Source of the DNA: an uncultured Aliarcobacter sp.
Lineage (GTDB): Bacteria > Campylobacterota > Campylobacteria > Campylobacterales > Arcobacteraceae
NCBI GenBank assembly: GCA_963677435.1
Contig: OY781945.1
Location: 1,632,001 to 1,696,000 of the forward strand
Direction: 5' to 3'
Length of the DNA: 64,000 nt
Part shown: piece by piece, positions 29,584-38,636 of the stretch
Layout of the letters: every line of letters begins with the position of its first letter
Position numbering within the stretch: the stretch's first letter is position 1
Notes under the pieces: generated by a model
What the model was told of the DNA's origin: nothing
Databases searched by the model: none
Seen by the model: the letters and a program-made list of their open reading frames with translations, nothing else
Position numbers and translations under genes: made by a program

Positions 29584-32262
29584 ATGAGAGTTGCAGAAAT
29601 ATTTTTAAAATCTAAAATTATATTAATAATATTATTTATTACATTTTTACATGCAAATGAAAAAGTAACTCTTCAATTAAAATGGTTTCATCAATTTCAA
29701 TTTGCAGGATATTATGTTGCAAAAGAAAAAGGTTATTATGATGAAGCTGGTTTAGATGTTGAAATAAAACAAAGAGATTTAAAATATAACAATATTCAAC
29801 AAGTAATAGATAATGAAGCTCAATATGGAGTAGGTGATTCTGCTTTATTATTAAATAAAATAAAAAATGAACCTATTGTAATTGTTTCTGCAATTTTTCA
29901 ACACTCTCCAAATGTTTTGGTAACTTTAAAGAGTAGTGAGATTAATTCTCCATATGATTTAAATAATAAAGATATTTTGACTTATGCTAATAATACAGAT
30001 AGTTTTGCAATATATGCAATGTTCAAAAAACTGGGAATTAAACCAAATTTTATTGAAAAAAAAGAAGCTTATGATTATTTAAAATTAATTAATCATGAAG
30101 TTGATGTAACTCCTGCTTATTTAAGTAATGAACCTTTTTATTTAAAAGAAAGAAATATACCTATTACTGTGATTAATCCAAGAAATTATGGTTTTGATTT
30201 GTATGGAGATATGCTTTTTACAAATAAAGATGAGGCTTTAAATCATCCTTTGCGTGTTGAAAAGTTTAAAGAAGCTACATTAAAAGGCTGGGAATATGCC
30301 TTAAAGCACCAAGAAGAGGTTGTTCAATTAATTCATAATAAATATAATAATAAAAAGTCTATTGAACATTTAAAATTTGAAGCAAATATTATTCAAGATA
30401 TGATTGATGAAAAAAATATACCTTTAGGAACTATTGATAAAGGACGATTAAAATATATTTCTGATTTATATAAAGATTATGGATTGTCTGATTACAGCTT
30501 AGATATAAAAGATTTTGTTTTTGAAGATTTTAAAAATAATTTGAATCTAACAAAAGAAGAGTTAACTTATATTAAAAATAAAAAAGAAATTACATATTGT
30601 ATTGATCCTAATTGGATGCCATTTGAAAAGATTGTTGATTCAAAGCATATAGGGATTACCTCAGATTATTTTAAAATTTTTGAGAAAAAAATTGGTATTC
30701 CTTTAAAACTTATTCCAACTTCTAGTTGGTCAGAATCTTTATCCTATGTCAAAAATAGAAAATGTGATATTATCTCTCTTTTAGCTGAAACTTCTAAAAG
30801 AAAAGAGTACTTAGATTTTACAAATACTTATATTCAATCTCCTTTGGTTATTGTTACAAGAAATGATGAGTTATTTATCTCAGATATACCAGATATTTCA
30901 AATCTTAAAAATAAACAAATAGGTATTGTAAAAGATTATGCTTATATTGATATTTTGAAAAAGAAATATCCAAATATTAATATTTATGAAGTAAAAAATG
31001 TTGAAGATGGTTTAAATAAAGTTAAAAACAAAGAGTTGTATGGATTTATTGATACATTAACAACTGTTTCTTATGTAATACAAAATAAATTTATCTCTCA
31101 AGTTAAAATTAGCGGTAAAATTGATGAAAATTGGGATTTGGGAATTGGAGTAAGAAATGATGAACCTTTGTTGGGAAATATTTTTAATAAAGCAATTTCA
31201 ACATTAACTTTTGAAGATAAACAGTTGATTTTTAATAAATGGATTCCTATTAATATTGGTGATTTGACAGATTATAAAGTAATAGCATTTTGGGTTTTTG
31301 GAACAATATTTATATTTGGAATTATTCTTTTTATATTTATCAGTGCAAATATGAAATTAAATAAAGAGATAAAAAAAAGAGAAGAAGTTGAAAAGAGATT
31401 AAAAAGTTTTAATAAATTAATTGATGAACATATAATCTCCTCTTCAACTGATTTAAAGGGTTATATAACTGATGTTTCAAATGCTTTTTGTAAAATAAGT
31501 AAATACTCAAGGGAAGAACTTATTGGTAAAAATCAAAATATTGTAAGACATCCTGATATGAAAAGTGAAGTATACAAAGATTTATGGAAAACAATAAAAG
31601 AAGATAAAATATGGGAAGGTGAGATAAAAGATAGAGCCAAAGATGGAACTACTTATTGGATTTATACAACAATTAGTCCAAAATATGATGAGTTTAACAA
31701 TAAAATAGGTTATATCTCTGTTAAACAAGATATTACTGATAAAAAGATTATTGAAGAGATATCTATTCGAGATGGTTTGACTAATATCTATAATCAACGA
31801 TATTTCAGTGATTTTTCTCAAAAATTCTTAAATAGCTCAAAAAGAGATAGACAACATATATCTTTTGTGATATTAGACATAGATTATTTTAAACAATACA
31901 ATGATACTTATGGTCATCAAGAAGGAGATAATGCTTTAAAGAAAATAGCAAATACCTTAATAGAGTTTACTTTAAGATCAGATGATTATTGTTTTAGATT
32001 GGGTGGCGAAGAGTTTGGAATATTGTTTAAATCAAAAAATAAAGAAAAAGCATTACACTTTGTGTCTACTATTTTAGAAAGTATAGAAGGATTAAAAATA
32101 GAACATAAAAATAGTAAAGTAAGCGAATATATTACTGTTTCAATGGGATTATATAGTGATTATGCAAATAATATTATTGATGTAGATGATATATACAGAA
32201 AAGCTGATAAATTACTTTATTGTGCTAAAGAATCAGGAAGAAATAGGGTTGTTAGTAATTAA
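29584..32262 (+). CDS. Sensor diguanylate cyclase (NMT1-like + PBP + TM + PAS + GGDEF)
   Basis: LQLKWFHQFQFAGYY, DPNWMPFE, PAS (VRHPDM..LWKTI), DIDYFKQYNDTYGH, RSDD I-site, GGEEF. Confidence 0.93.
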   Translation: MRVAEIFLKSKIILIILFITFLHANEKVTLQLKWFHQFQFAGYYVAKEKGYYDEAGLDVEIKQRDLKYNNIQQVIDNEAQYGVGDSALLLNKIKNEPIVIVSAIFQHSPNVLVTLKSSEINSPYDLNNKDILTYANNTDSFAIYAMFKKLGIKPNFIEKKEAYDYLKLINHEVDVTPAYLSNEPFYLKERNIPITVINPRNYGFDLYGDMLFTNKDEALNHPLRVEKFKEATLKGWEYALKHQEEVVQLIHNKYNNKKSIEHLKFEANIIQDMIDEKNIPLGTIDKGRLKYISDLYKDYGLSDYSLDIKDFVFEDFKNNLNLTKEELTYIKNKKEITYCIDPNWMPFEKIVDSKHIGITSDYFKIFEKKIGIPLKLIPTSSWSESLSYVKNRKCDIISLLAETSKRKEYLDFTNTYIQSPLVIVTRNDELFISDIPDISNLKNKQIGIVKDYAYIDILKKKYPNINIYEVKNVEDGLNKVKNKELYGFIDTLTTVSYVIQNKFISQVKISGKIDENWDLGIGVRNDEPLLGNIFNKAISTLTFEDKQLIFNKWIPINIGDLTDYKVIAFWVFGTIFIFGIILFIFISANMKLNKEIKKREEVEKRLKSFNKLIDEHIISSSTDLKGYITDVSNAFCKISKYSREELIGKNQNIVRHPDMKSEVYKDLWKTIKEDKIWEGEIKDRAKDGTTYWIYTTISPKYDEFNNKIGYISVKQDITDKKIIEEISIRDGLTNIYNQRYFSDFSQKFLNSSKRDRQHISFVILDIDYFKQYNDTYGHQEGDNALKKIANTLIEFTLRSDDYCFRLGGEEFGILFKSKNKEKALHFVSTILESIEGLKIEHKNSKVSEYITVSMGLYSDYANNIIDVDDIYRKADKLLYCAKESGRNRVVSN

Positions 32263-32274
32263 ACTTTTCTTTTC

Positions 32275-32391
32275 CTCGTTCCCAACATCCCCGTTGGGAA
32301 TGCATATAAAAACTAAATAAAACAAGAAAAATAAAAATAGATAGAAGTAGATAATGTAGTATTCATTCCCAAGCTGGAGCTTTGGAACGAA
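32275..32391. repeat. Inverted doublet of REP-like palindromes (REPIN-like)
   Basis: CTCGTTCCCAAC-ATCCCC-GTTGGGAATGCA (32275-32304) and ATTCATTCCCAAGCTGGAGCTTTGGAACGA (32361-32390), GC-rich, in opposite orientation between convergent genes. Confidence 0.75.
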
Positions 32392-32408
32392 AATTAAGAA
32401 ATATTATA

Positions 32409-33293
32409 TTAAGAGATATGATACTCTTTAAATCTACTTTTTAAAAATTCTATTAGGGTTTCAAAAAGTAGATTTTTTGATTTTTCTTTATGATAAACTA
32501 AATAAAACTCTCTTTTTAATTCCATATTTTTTAGTTTGATTTGAAATAGTTTTTTCTCTTTTATTTCTTTTTGAACAATCACTTTTGAAATAGCTGTCAC
32601 TGTATTTGGGTTATTTAAAACTATGGTTTTAATCTCTTCAAAATCTTGTAATTGCATAAAAATATCTAAATCTTTTGCTATTTCTCCAAGATGATTTATA
32701 AATATTTCCCTTGTTCCTGAACCAGTTTCTCTTAAAATCCATCTTTTTTTGATAGCATCAATAAAGGCAACTTTTGAATAGTTTTCATCACTTGAAACAA
32801 CAATAAGTTCATCATCACAAAGTTTCTCTTTTATCAAACTTGAATTTTGTGTATCAACTTCAATAAGACCAATATCAAGCTCTGATTTTAAGATTTTATC
32901 TATGATTTTACTTGAATTTATGGTCAAAATATCCATTTTTACATCATTGTATTTTGTTAAAAAATCATAATAAATATTTGGCATTATGTAGTTTGAAATA
33001 GTTTTACTTGCTGCTATTTTTATATTTCCAGCTAGTTTATTTTCTTGAAAAATATTTTGTGCATCTACAAGTGCTAAATAGTGTGAAAGAGTTTTCTCTT
33101 TGAAATATTTTCCTTTTTCATTTAATATAAGTTTTTTACCAATCCTATCAAAAAGTTGCTCATTTAAAGAGTTTTCTAGTGATTTTATAGCCAAAGAAAT
33201 AGCTGATTGACTTATATTTAATTCTTGCGCCACTTGGGTAACTTGGGGGTTTTCACAAAGTTTATAAAAAAAGTTTAGTTCTTTTAGAGTCAT
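32409..33293 (-). CDS. LysR family regulator (YeiE/CysL-like)
   Basis: HTH ISQSAISLAIKSLE..L...LFDRIGK; WILRETGSGTR; divergent from YeiH. Confidence 0.92.
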   Translation of the reverse strand: MTLKELNFFYKLCENPQVTQVAQELNISQSAISLAIKSLENSLNEQLFDRIGKKLILNEKGKYFKEKTLSHYLALVDAQNIFQENKLAGNIKIAASKTISNYIMPNIYYDFLTKYNDVKMDILTINSSKIIDKILKSELDIGLIEVDTQNSSLIKEKLCDDELIVVSSDENYSKVAFIDAIKKRWILRETGSGTREIFINHLGEIAKDLDIFMQLQDFEEIKTIVLNNPNTVTAISKVIVQKEIKEKKLFQIKLKNMELKREFYLVYHKEKSKNLLFETLIEFLKSRFKEYHIS

Positions 33294-33392
33294 TGGATTC
33301 CTTATTGAAAATATTAATCATTATATTAAAAATAATATATTTTACAAATTAAACTAATAGGGTTATACTTTCAAAATCAAAGGATTAATATT

Positions 33393-34415
33393 ATGAAAAC
33401 AAATAATTTAAATATTAGAAATACTTTTTATGGAGTTTTGTTTGTTGGTTTATTTGCTTTAATTGCAACAATAATAGCTGATGCAGAATTTTTTAAAAAT
33501 TTAGCAATTAGCCCACTTATTATTGGGATAGTTTTAGGAATTTTTTATGCAAATACTTTAAAGCATAAACTTCCACCTACTTGGCAAAGTGGAATTATTT
33601 TTTCTACAAAATATATTTTAAGATTTGGAATTATCTTATATGGATTTAGACTAACTTTCCGAAATTTGCAAGAAGTTGGATTTAGTGGAGTTTTTATAGC
33701 TTTTTGTATAGTTACTTTTACTTTTATTTTTGGATATATAATAGGAACAAAGGTTTTAAAATTAGACCGAGAAATTACTATTTTATGTAGTGCAGGAAGT
33801 TCTATTTGTGGAGCTGCTGCTGTGTTAGCAACTCAAAGTGTATTAAAAAATGAAGCCTATAAAAGTGCTATTGCTGTATCTTTTGTGGTAATTTTTGGAA
33901 CTATTGCTATGTTCTTATATCCATTTTTATATAAATTAGGTTTTTTTGATTTAAGTGCTTCTCAAATGGGAGTTTATATAGGGGCAACTTTGCATGAAGT
34001 GGCTCATGTTGTTGGAGCTTCTACAGCTTTAGGGGAAGATGTATCTAAAGATGCAATTATAGTAAAAATGATAAGAGTTATATTTTTAGTGCCTTTTTTA
34101 ATTTTATTATCTTTGTGGTTGATTAAAACTGGATTTCATAGTAAACATGAGAAAACAAAAGTCGTAATTCCTTGGTTTGCAGTGATGTTTATAGTAGTTG
34201 TAGGTTTTAACTCTTTTGGATTTTTATCTGGAAATATGATTAAAAGTATAAATTTTGTAGATACTTTTTCTCTAACAATGGCAATGACAGCTTTAGGAAT
34301 GGAAACAAGTTTCGATAAGTTTAAAAATGTAGGTATGAAACCTTTGTATTTATCTTCAATCTTATTTATTTGGTTGATGCTTGTAGGGTATTTTTTAGTT
34401 AAATATATATTTTAG
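33393..34415 (+). CDS. YeiH family membrane protein (putative sulfate/sulfite exporter)
   Basis: GSSICGAAAV, GATLHEVAHVV, IVKMIRV, AMTALG. Confidence 0.92.
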   Translation: MKTNNLNIRNTFYGVLFVGLFALIATIIADAEFFKNLAISPLIIGIVLGIFYANTLKHKLPPTWQSGIIFSTKYILRFGIILYGFRLTFRNLQEVGFSGVFIAFCIVTFTFIFGYIIGTKVLKLDREITILCSAGSSICGAAAVLATQSVLKNEAYKSAIAVSFVVIFGTIAMFLYPFLYKLGFFDLSASQMGVYIGATLHEVAHVVGASTALGEDVSKDAIIVKMIRVIFLVPFLILLSLWLIKTGFHSKHEKTKVVIPWFAVMFIVVVGFNSFGFLSGNMIKSINFVDTFSLTMAMTALGMETSFDKFKNVGMKPLYLSSILFIWLMLVGYFLVKYIF

Positions 34416-34423
34416 AGTAAGTG

Positions 34424-34454
34424 AAAAATAGGTGTCTTTATGACACCTATTTTT
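34424..34454. terminator. Bidirectional intrinsic terminator
   Basis: AAAAATAGGTGTC-TTTAT-GACACCTATTTTT between convergent genes. Confidence 0.85.
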
Positions 34455-35283
34455 ACCAGTTATTTTTCATTAAATCTTGTTCTGTCATTGCTTGTGTTAA
34501 AACATCATAACCTTTTAATTCACTTTGAGTTGTTAAAACCCATTTATTTAAACCCTCCATTTGCATCATTTTTTTGATGATTGGCTCATTTGGATCTTGT
34601 GAAAGTAACATATCAATAAATGTTTTTTTTACTTTTTCATCTAAAGTATCAAGGGCTGTGAAGTTACAATGGCAATATCCCTCACTTACATAAAAAGACT
34701 CAATTTCTCCCTGCGGAAATAATCCCTCTTCGATTATTCTAACCCAAGTACTAATTCCGATTGCACCAGCATCAATTTTGTCATTTTTTATTGCTTCAAG
34801 TATATCAAACTCACTTCTTCCCGTGTCTCCATGTTTTCCTAAATCAGAATTAAATCTGATTATATCTACATCTTTTATATCTGTTTGAAGTTCATTTTCT
34901 AAATATTTTAAAGGTAAAATTGCAGCTTGAGCAGAGTCTGCACTTCCTAAACCAAACTTTTTACCTTTTAAATCTGAAATTGATTTTATACCACTAGTTG
35001 CTTTTGTAATAAAAACAGATTTAAAATCAATATCAGTATCTCTCATTAATAAAGCTTGAGCTTTTTTATTACTTAATTCATAAGTTCTAACCCAAGCTAC
35101 ATTTGTGTTCCAAGCAATATCTATTTTTCCAGATAACAAATACTCAATTTGAGCTTCATAGTTTGAAAACAAAACATAATCAAGTCTTACTCCATTATCA
35201 TTAAAATAATCTCTAATAATATCCCAAATTGTTACGATTTTTGGGTCATAGGCAACTGAACCTATTACTATTGGTTTTTGCAT
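34453..35283 (-). CDS. PhnD/SsuA-like substrate-binding-fold protein without a signal peptide
   Basis: GSVAYDPK..TIW, DYVLFSNYEAQ, IDIAWN, MRDTD, DLKGKKFGLGSADS.QA, HGDTG, YCHCNF; no hydrophobic N-terminus. Confidence 0.8.
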   Translation of the reverse strand: MQKPIVIGSVAYDPKIVTIWDIIRDYFNDNGVRLDYVLFSNYEAQIEYLLSGKIDIAWNTNVAWVRTYELSNKKAQALLMRDTDIDFKSVFITKATSGIKSISDLKGKKFGLGSADSAQAAILPLKYLENELQTDIKDVDIIRFNSDLGKHGDTGRSEFDILEAIKNDKIDAGAIGISTWVRIIEEGLFPQGEIESFYVSEGYCHCNFTALDTLDEKVKKTFIDMLLSQDPNEPIIKKMMQMEGLNKWVLTTQSELKGYDVLTQAMTEQDLMKNNW

Positions 35284-35292
35284 TTTTTATCC

Positions 35293-36420
35293 TTATAATA
35301 TTGATTGATTTGTTAAAGCTTTTCCAAGCCAAGTTGTAAGTACATCTGTACTTGGAGCCATTACTTGAGCTGCAAGTGAATCTCTTAAAAGTCTTTCTAT
35401 ATTTATTCTTTTAGCATAAGCAGTTCCACCACCAATTTTCATAGCTTTTGTGCAAACTTCAACAGCCATTTGTGAAGCATGAATTCTTGCTGCTAATACA
35501 TTAGCTTGTGCCATTGGATCTTCTTCCATAACACTTCTTGCCGCACTTAGTGTAAAATATTTTGCACTTGCAGCATTTGTATAAATATCAGAGATGTGAT
35601 TTTGAACAGTTGGAATATTGCAAAGTGCTGTATCATCACTATATTTTCGATTCATTGAGTATTCATTTATAGTATTACAAGCATTTAAAGCAACTCCACT
35701 ATAAACACCAGCTAATCCCATAATAAAAAATGGTCCAACAGTATTAAATATTTGATCTAGTCCACTTCCTGAAGCACCAACTCTAAACTTTTCATCAATC
35801 TTTACATTTTCTAAAAGCATAGGACAAGAAGCATTTCCTCTCATTCCAAGTCCATTCCAAGAACTCTCTTGGAAAGTTATTCCATCTAAATCTTTTGGAA
35901 CAAGCCAGTTGTCTAAACCATCACCATCAAAAGAGTTTGCATCAATTAAATAATAATCAGCATATGTAGCAGAAGTAACAAAACTCTTTCTACCATTCAT
36001 TAGTAAATTATTTCCATCTTTTGTAACTTTTATTTCTGGATTATAAAAGTGAGTTCCCGTACCACTTTCACTATATGCAAGAGCTAACATAATTTCACCA
36101 TTTGCAATTTTTGGTAAAAACTCTTTTTTAAACTCTTCACTTCCATGTGTTGCTAAGCAGTTTGTAGCAACATTATGCATCATATAACATAAAGCAGTTG
36201 TAGCACAATAATTAGCAAATGCTAAAACAGTTTTTGTATGGTCTTCAAAAGTTAATCCCATTCCTCCAAACTCTTTTGGAACTAATAAACCAGTTAATTT
36301 TTTCTCTTTTATAGCTTTAAAACTATCAACTGGGAATTTTCCCTCAATATCTACCTTGTCTGTAAAAGGTGCGATATTTTCTCTTGCAAACTCTAACATT
36401 TCATTATATAAATTCGACAT
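35293..36420 (-). CDS. Acyl-CoA dehydrogenase family flavoprotein
   Basis: VPKEFGGMG, LAYSESGTG, NGRKSFVTS, WNGLGMRGNAS, GGGTAY...IERLLRD; start reassigned to MSNLY at 36420 (AGGA RBS). Confidence 0.9.
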   Translation of the reverse strand: MSNLYNEMLEFARENIAPFTDKVDIEGKFPVDSFKAIKEKKLTGLLVPKEFGGMGLTFEDHTKTVLAFANYCATTALCYMMHNVATNCLATHGSEEFKKEFLPKIANGEIMLALAYSESGTGTHFYNPEIKVTKDGNNLLMNGRKSFVTSATYADYYLIDANSFDGDGLDNWLVPKDLDGITFQESSWNGLGMRGNASCPMLLENVKIDEKFRVGASGSGLDQIFNTVGPFFIMGLAGVYSGVALNACNTINEYSMNRKYSDDTALCNIPTVQNHISDIYTNAASAKYFTLSAARSVMEEDPMAQANVLAARIHASQMAVEVCTKAMKIGGGTAYAKRINIERLLRDSLAAQVMAPSTDVLTTWLGKALTNQSIL

Positions 36421-36430
36421 TTTTTTCCTA

Positions 36431-37681
36431 CTACATAAAATTTGGTGTATGTGCTTTAGAAATATCATTTGCTAAATCTTCATCCATACCTATATCAACT
36501 AATCTTTTTATTCTATTCTCATTCATTTTTTGTTTTAACTCTTCAACTAAATCAAATCCTCTTTTATAATCTTCTGGCTCATCACTTCCACCTGCAAGAA
36601 TTGCCAAAGATTCTAATAAAATAGATGATTCTGTACTTATCTCATCCATAAACTCTTTTCTTTTAAAAGCTGTATTTTTTAGGGCATTTATTCTATTTGG
36701 ATTTTGTTCTATTGCTGATTTCACATGAGCTACACCATAAGCAACATGACGCATTTCATCTCTTTTTGCAAGTTTTATAATCTTTTTAGTTGCATCATCA
36801 GGCATATATTTTTCTAAAAAACTAAGTAAATCAACAAAAGTTCCCTCTCCCATAACATGGAGTAAAAATGAACTTTTTATGTAATCTTCTTCTTTAAATA
36901 AAGAGTAAAGTGAGCGTTGTGTTATTTCGCTTGAGTATTGGAATCCACCGCCATTGGCATTTGCTCTTTTTGTAAAAACTTCAATATGTCTTGCTTCATC
37001 ATTCATAAGTGAAGATAAAAAAAGAGGAACTTCCATATAGTATGGATTTATTCTACTGATAAATTTTCCAGGAATATATAAAGCTGAAAATTCATTTTCA
37101 ACTAAATAAGTCATAATTTGGCAAACAGCTTTTTCTAAAACAGGATTTAAAGTTGGTATTTCATTCCAAGGAATATCTGTTGTGGCATTCCATTGAAGAT
37201 TTTTTCCCTCTTCATATAAAATAGAAACAGGATTTGACCAAACTTGTTCTTTAAAAGAGAGCTCAAAATCATAAAAAGGTGTTCCATCTTGAGTTACTAT
37301 TCCTCTTGTTAAAAGTCCATTGTCAAGTGGTGCTTTTGTTAAAATTTCATCACTTAAATTTAAATCTTTTAGTTTTGGATTAGAAGTATCAATACCTTTC
37401 ATTTTTTTGCCCCAAGAAGCTTTTGTAGCAAAAGAGTTTTTGCTTACTTTTTGGATTTTATAAGAGTATTGATTTTTTAGTGCAACTCTACCTAAGTAGA
37501 AATGTCCTTTGAGTTTTGCCCAACCTTGAAGTTCAATTTCAATATTTGCTTTTAATGAAACAATTTCAATTATTTCATACATATCAGCTAATAAAAAAGC
37601 ATTTTCAAGTCTTAGGAATAGGGCTTTTGAAGGAGGTAGAATACCTGTAAATATAGATATACAATGATTTTGATTATTCAA
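36431..37681 (-). CDS. Ferritin-like diiron-carboxylate protein with a TusA-like N-terminal domain
   Basis: E(NE)...DEARH...E(GTF)...DEMRH diiron ligand pattern; N-terminal EIIEIVS....IEIELQGWAKLKGH resembles TusA; probable TTG start at 37681 after GGAG. Confidence 0.75.
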   Translation of the reverse strand: MNNQNHCISIFTGILPPSKALFLRLENAFLLADMYEIIEIVSLKANIEIELQGWAKLKGHFYLGRVALKNQYSYKIQKVSKNSFATKASWGKKMKGIDTSNPKLKDLNLSDEILTKAPLDNGLLTRGIVTQDGTPFYDFELSFKEQVWSNPVSILYEEGKNLQWNATTDIPWNEIPTLNPVLEKAVCQIMTYLVENEFSALYIPGKFISRINPYYMEVPLFLSSLMNDEARHIEVFTKRANANGGGFQYSSEITQRSLYSLFKEEDYIKSSFLLHVMGEGTFVDLLSFLEKYMPDDATKKIIKLAKRDEMRHVAYGVAHVKSAIEQNPNRINALKNTAFKRKEFMDEISTESSILLESLAILAGGSDEPEDYKRGFDLVEELKQKMNENRIKRLVDIGMDEDLANDISKAHTPNFM

Positions 37682-37689
37682 ACGAATCT

Positions 37690-37775
37690 CCAAAATTAAA
37701 TTTAATTTTGGCCATTCAATAAATTATTTTATAAATTAATGATGGAATCTCAACCTGAGATCTTGAAGCATTATT
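37690..37775 (-). promoter_or_regulatory. Structured 5' leader with palindromes, one overlapping the RBS
   Basis: Perfect 22-bp palindrome CCAAAATTAAATTTAATTTTGG (37690-37711) includes the GG of GGAG; ATCTCA-ACC-TGAGAT at 37747-37761. Confidence 0.5.
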
Positions 37776-37838
37776 TTAACCAAATCATTTAAAAAGTAAA
37801 TAAATTTTTACCAAAATAGTAAAATCAAAATGATTTTA

Positions 37839-38573
37839 CTATTTAACTTCTATTCCAAATTTTTCAAGTAGATTAACCCAAATAACACTTTTCCCATCTT
37901 TATCAAAAATAGTTGGTGTTCCTTGAACATTTAAAGTCATTCCTAATTCAATTTGTTCATCTAACTCTTTTTGAAGTTTTTCTAATTCTGCTTGAGAATA
38001 TTTTGTAGCTTTTACTTTTTCTAAGTTATCACTTGCATCAAACATTGCAGCAATTTTTTTCTCAGTAGTTTTTTGACTCATGATATATAAAGATAAATCT
38101 TTTGCATTTACATGTGAATCAATTGGGAAATAAAATATTTTAATTTTTACTTTATTTGCAATTTGAGGAAGATACGATTCTAATTTTTTACAATATGGGC
38201 ATTCTGGATCTGTAAATAAGTAATACTCTTCACTTCCTTGTCCATATGTGAAAGCTTCTTTCCCTTTAAGTATTGATAAATCAACAGGAGCACTTATTTT
38301 TGTTCCATTTGATACATCAATTGCATCACCTGCAAGTACAAGTTTTTTATCTTTTGTTAAATAAATTTCATCAGGATTTCCTTGAACATTAACATTTAAG
38401 ATATAGATACTTCCTGCATCATAAGCTTTTGTAATTTTTATTTGAGCTCTTTTGAATAATTCTAGTTGTTCCATCTTAGCTATTTCATTTTTTGGTACTT
38501 CTTTATAATTAGCACTTAAACTAACTGTTAAAAGTAAAGAACTGATTATCACTTTTTTAGTAAAATCAAACAT
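37839..38573 (-). CDS. DsbC/DsbG family thiol:disulfide interchange protein
   Basis: Signal peptide, FTDPECPYC, VQGTPT. Confidence 0.9.
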   Translation of the reverse strand: MFDFTKKVIISSLLLTVSLSANYKEVPKNEIAKMEQLELFKRAQIKITKAYDAGSIYILNVNVQGNPDEIYLTKDKKLVLAGDAIDVSNGTKISAPVDLSILKGKEAFTYGQGSEEYYLFTDPECPYCKKLESYLPQIANKVKIKIFYFPIDSHVNAKDLSLYIMSQKTTEKKIAAMFDASDNLEKVKATKYSQAELEKLQKELDEQIELGMTLNVQGTPTIFDKDGKSVIWVNLLEKFGIEVK

Positions 38574-38636
38574 TATAAATCCTAATATAAATTTTTTTGC
38601 GTATTGTATCTAGTTTATGGCTATTTTGCGTCAGTT

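Noticed and set aside
34453..35283. Phosphonate ABC uptake system
   Set aside because: No permease, ATPase or signal peptide; phnA at 23834 is unlinked.
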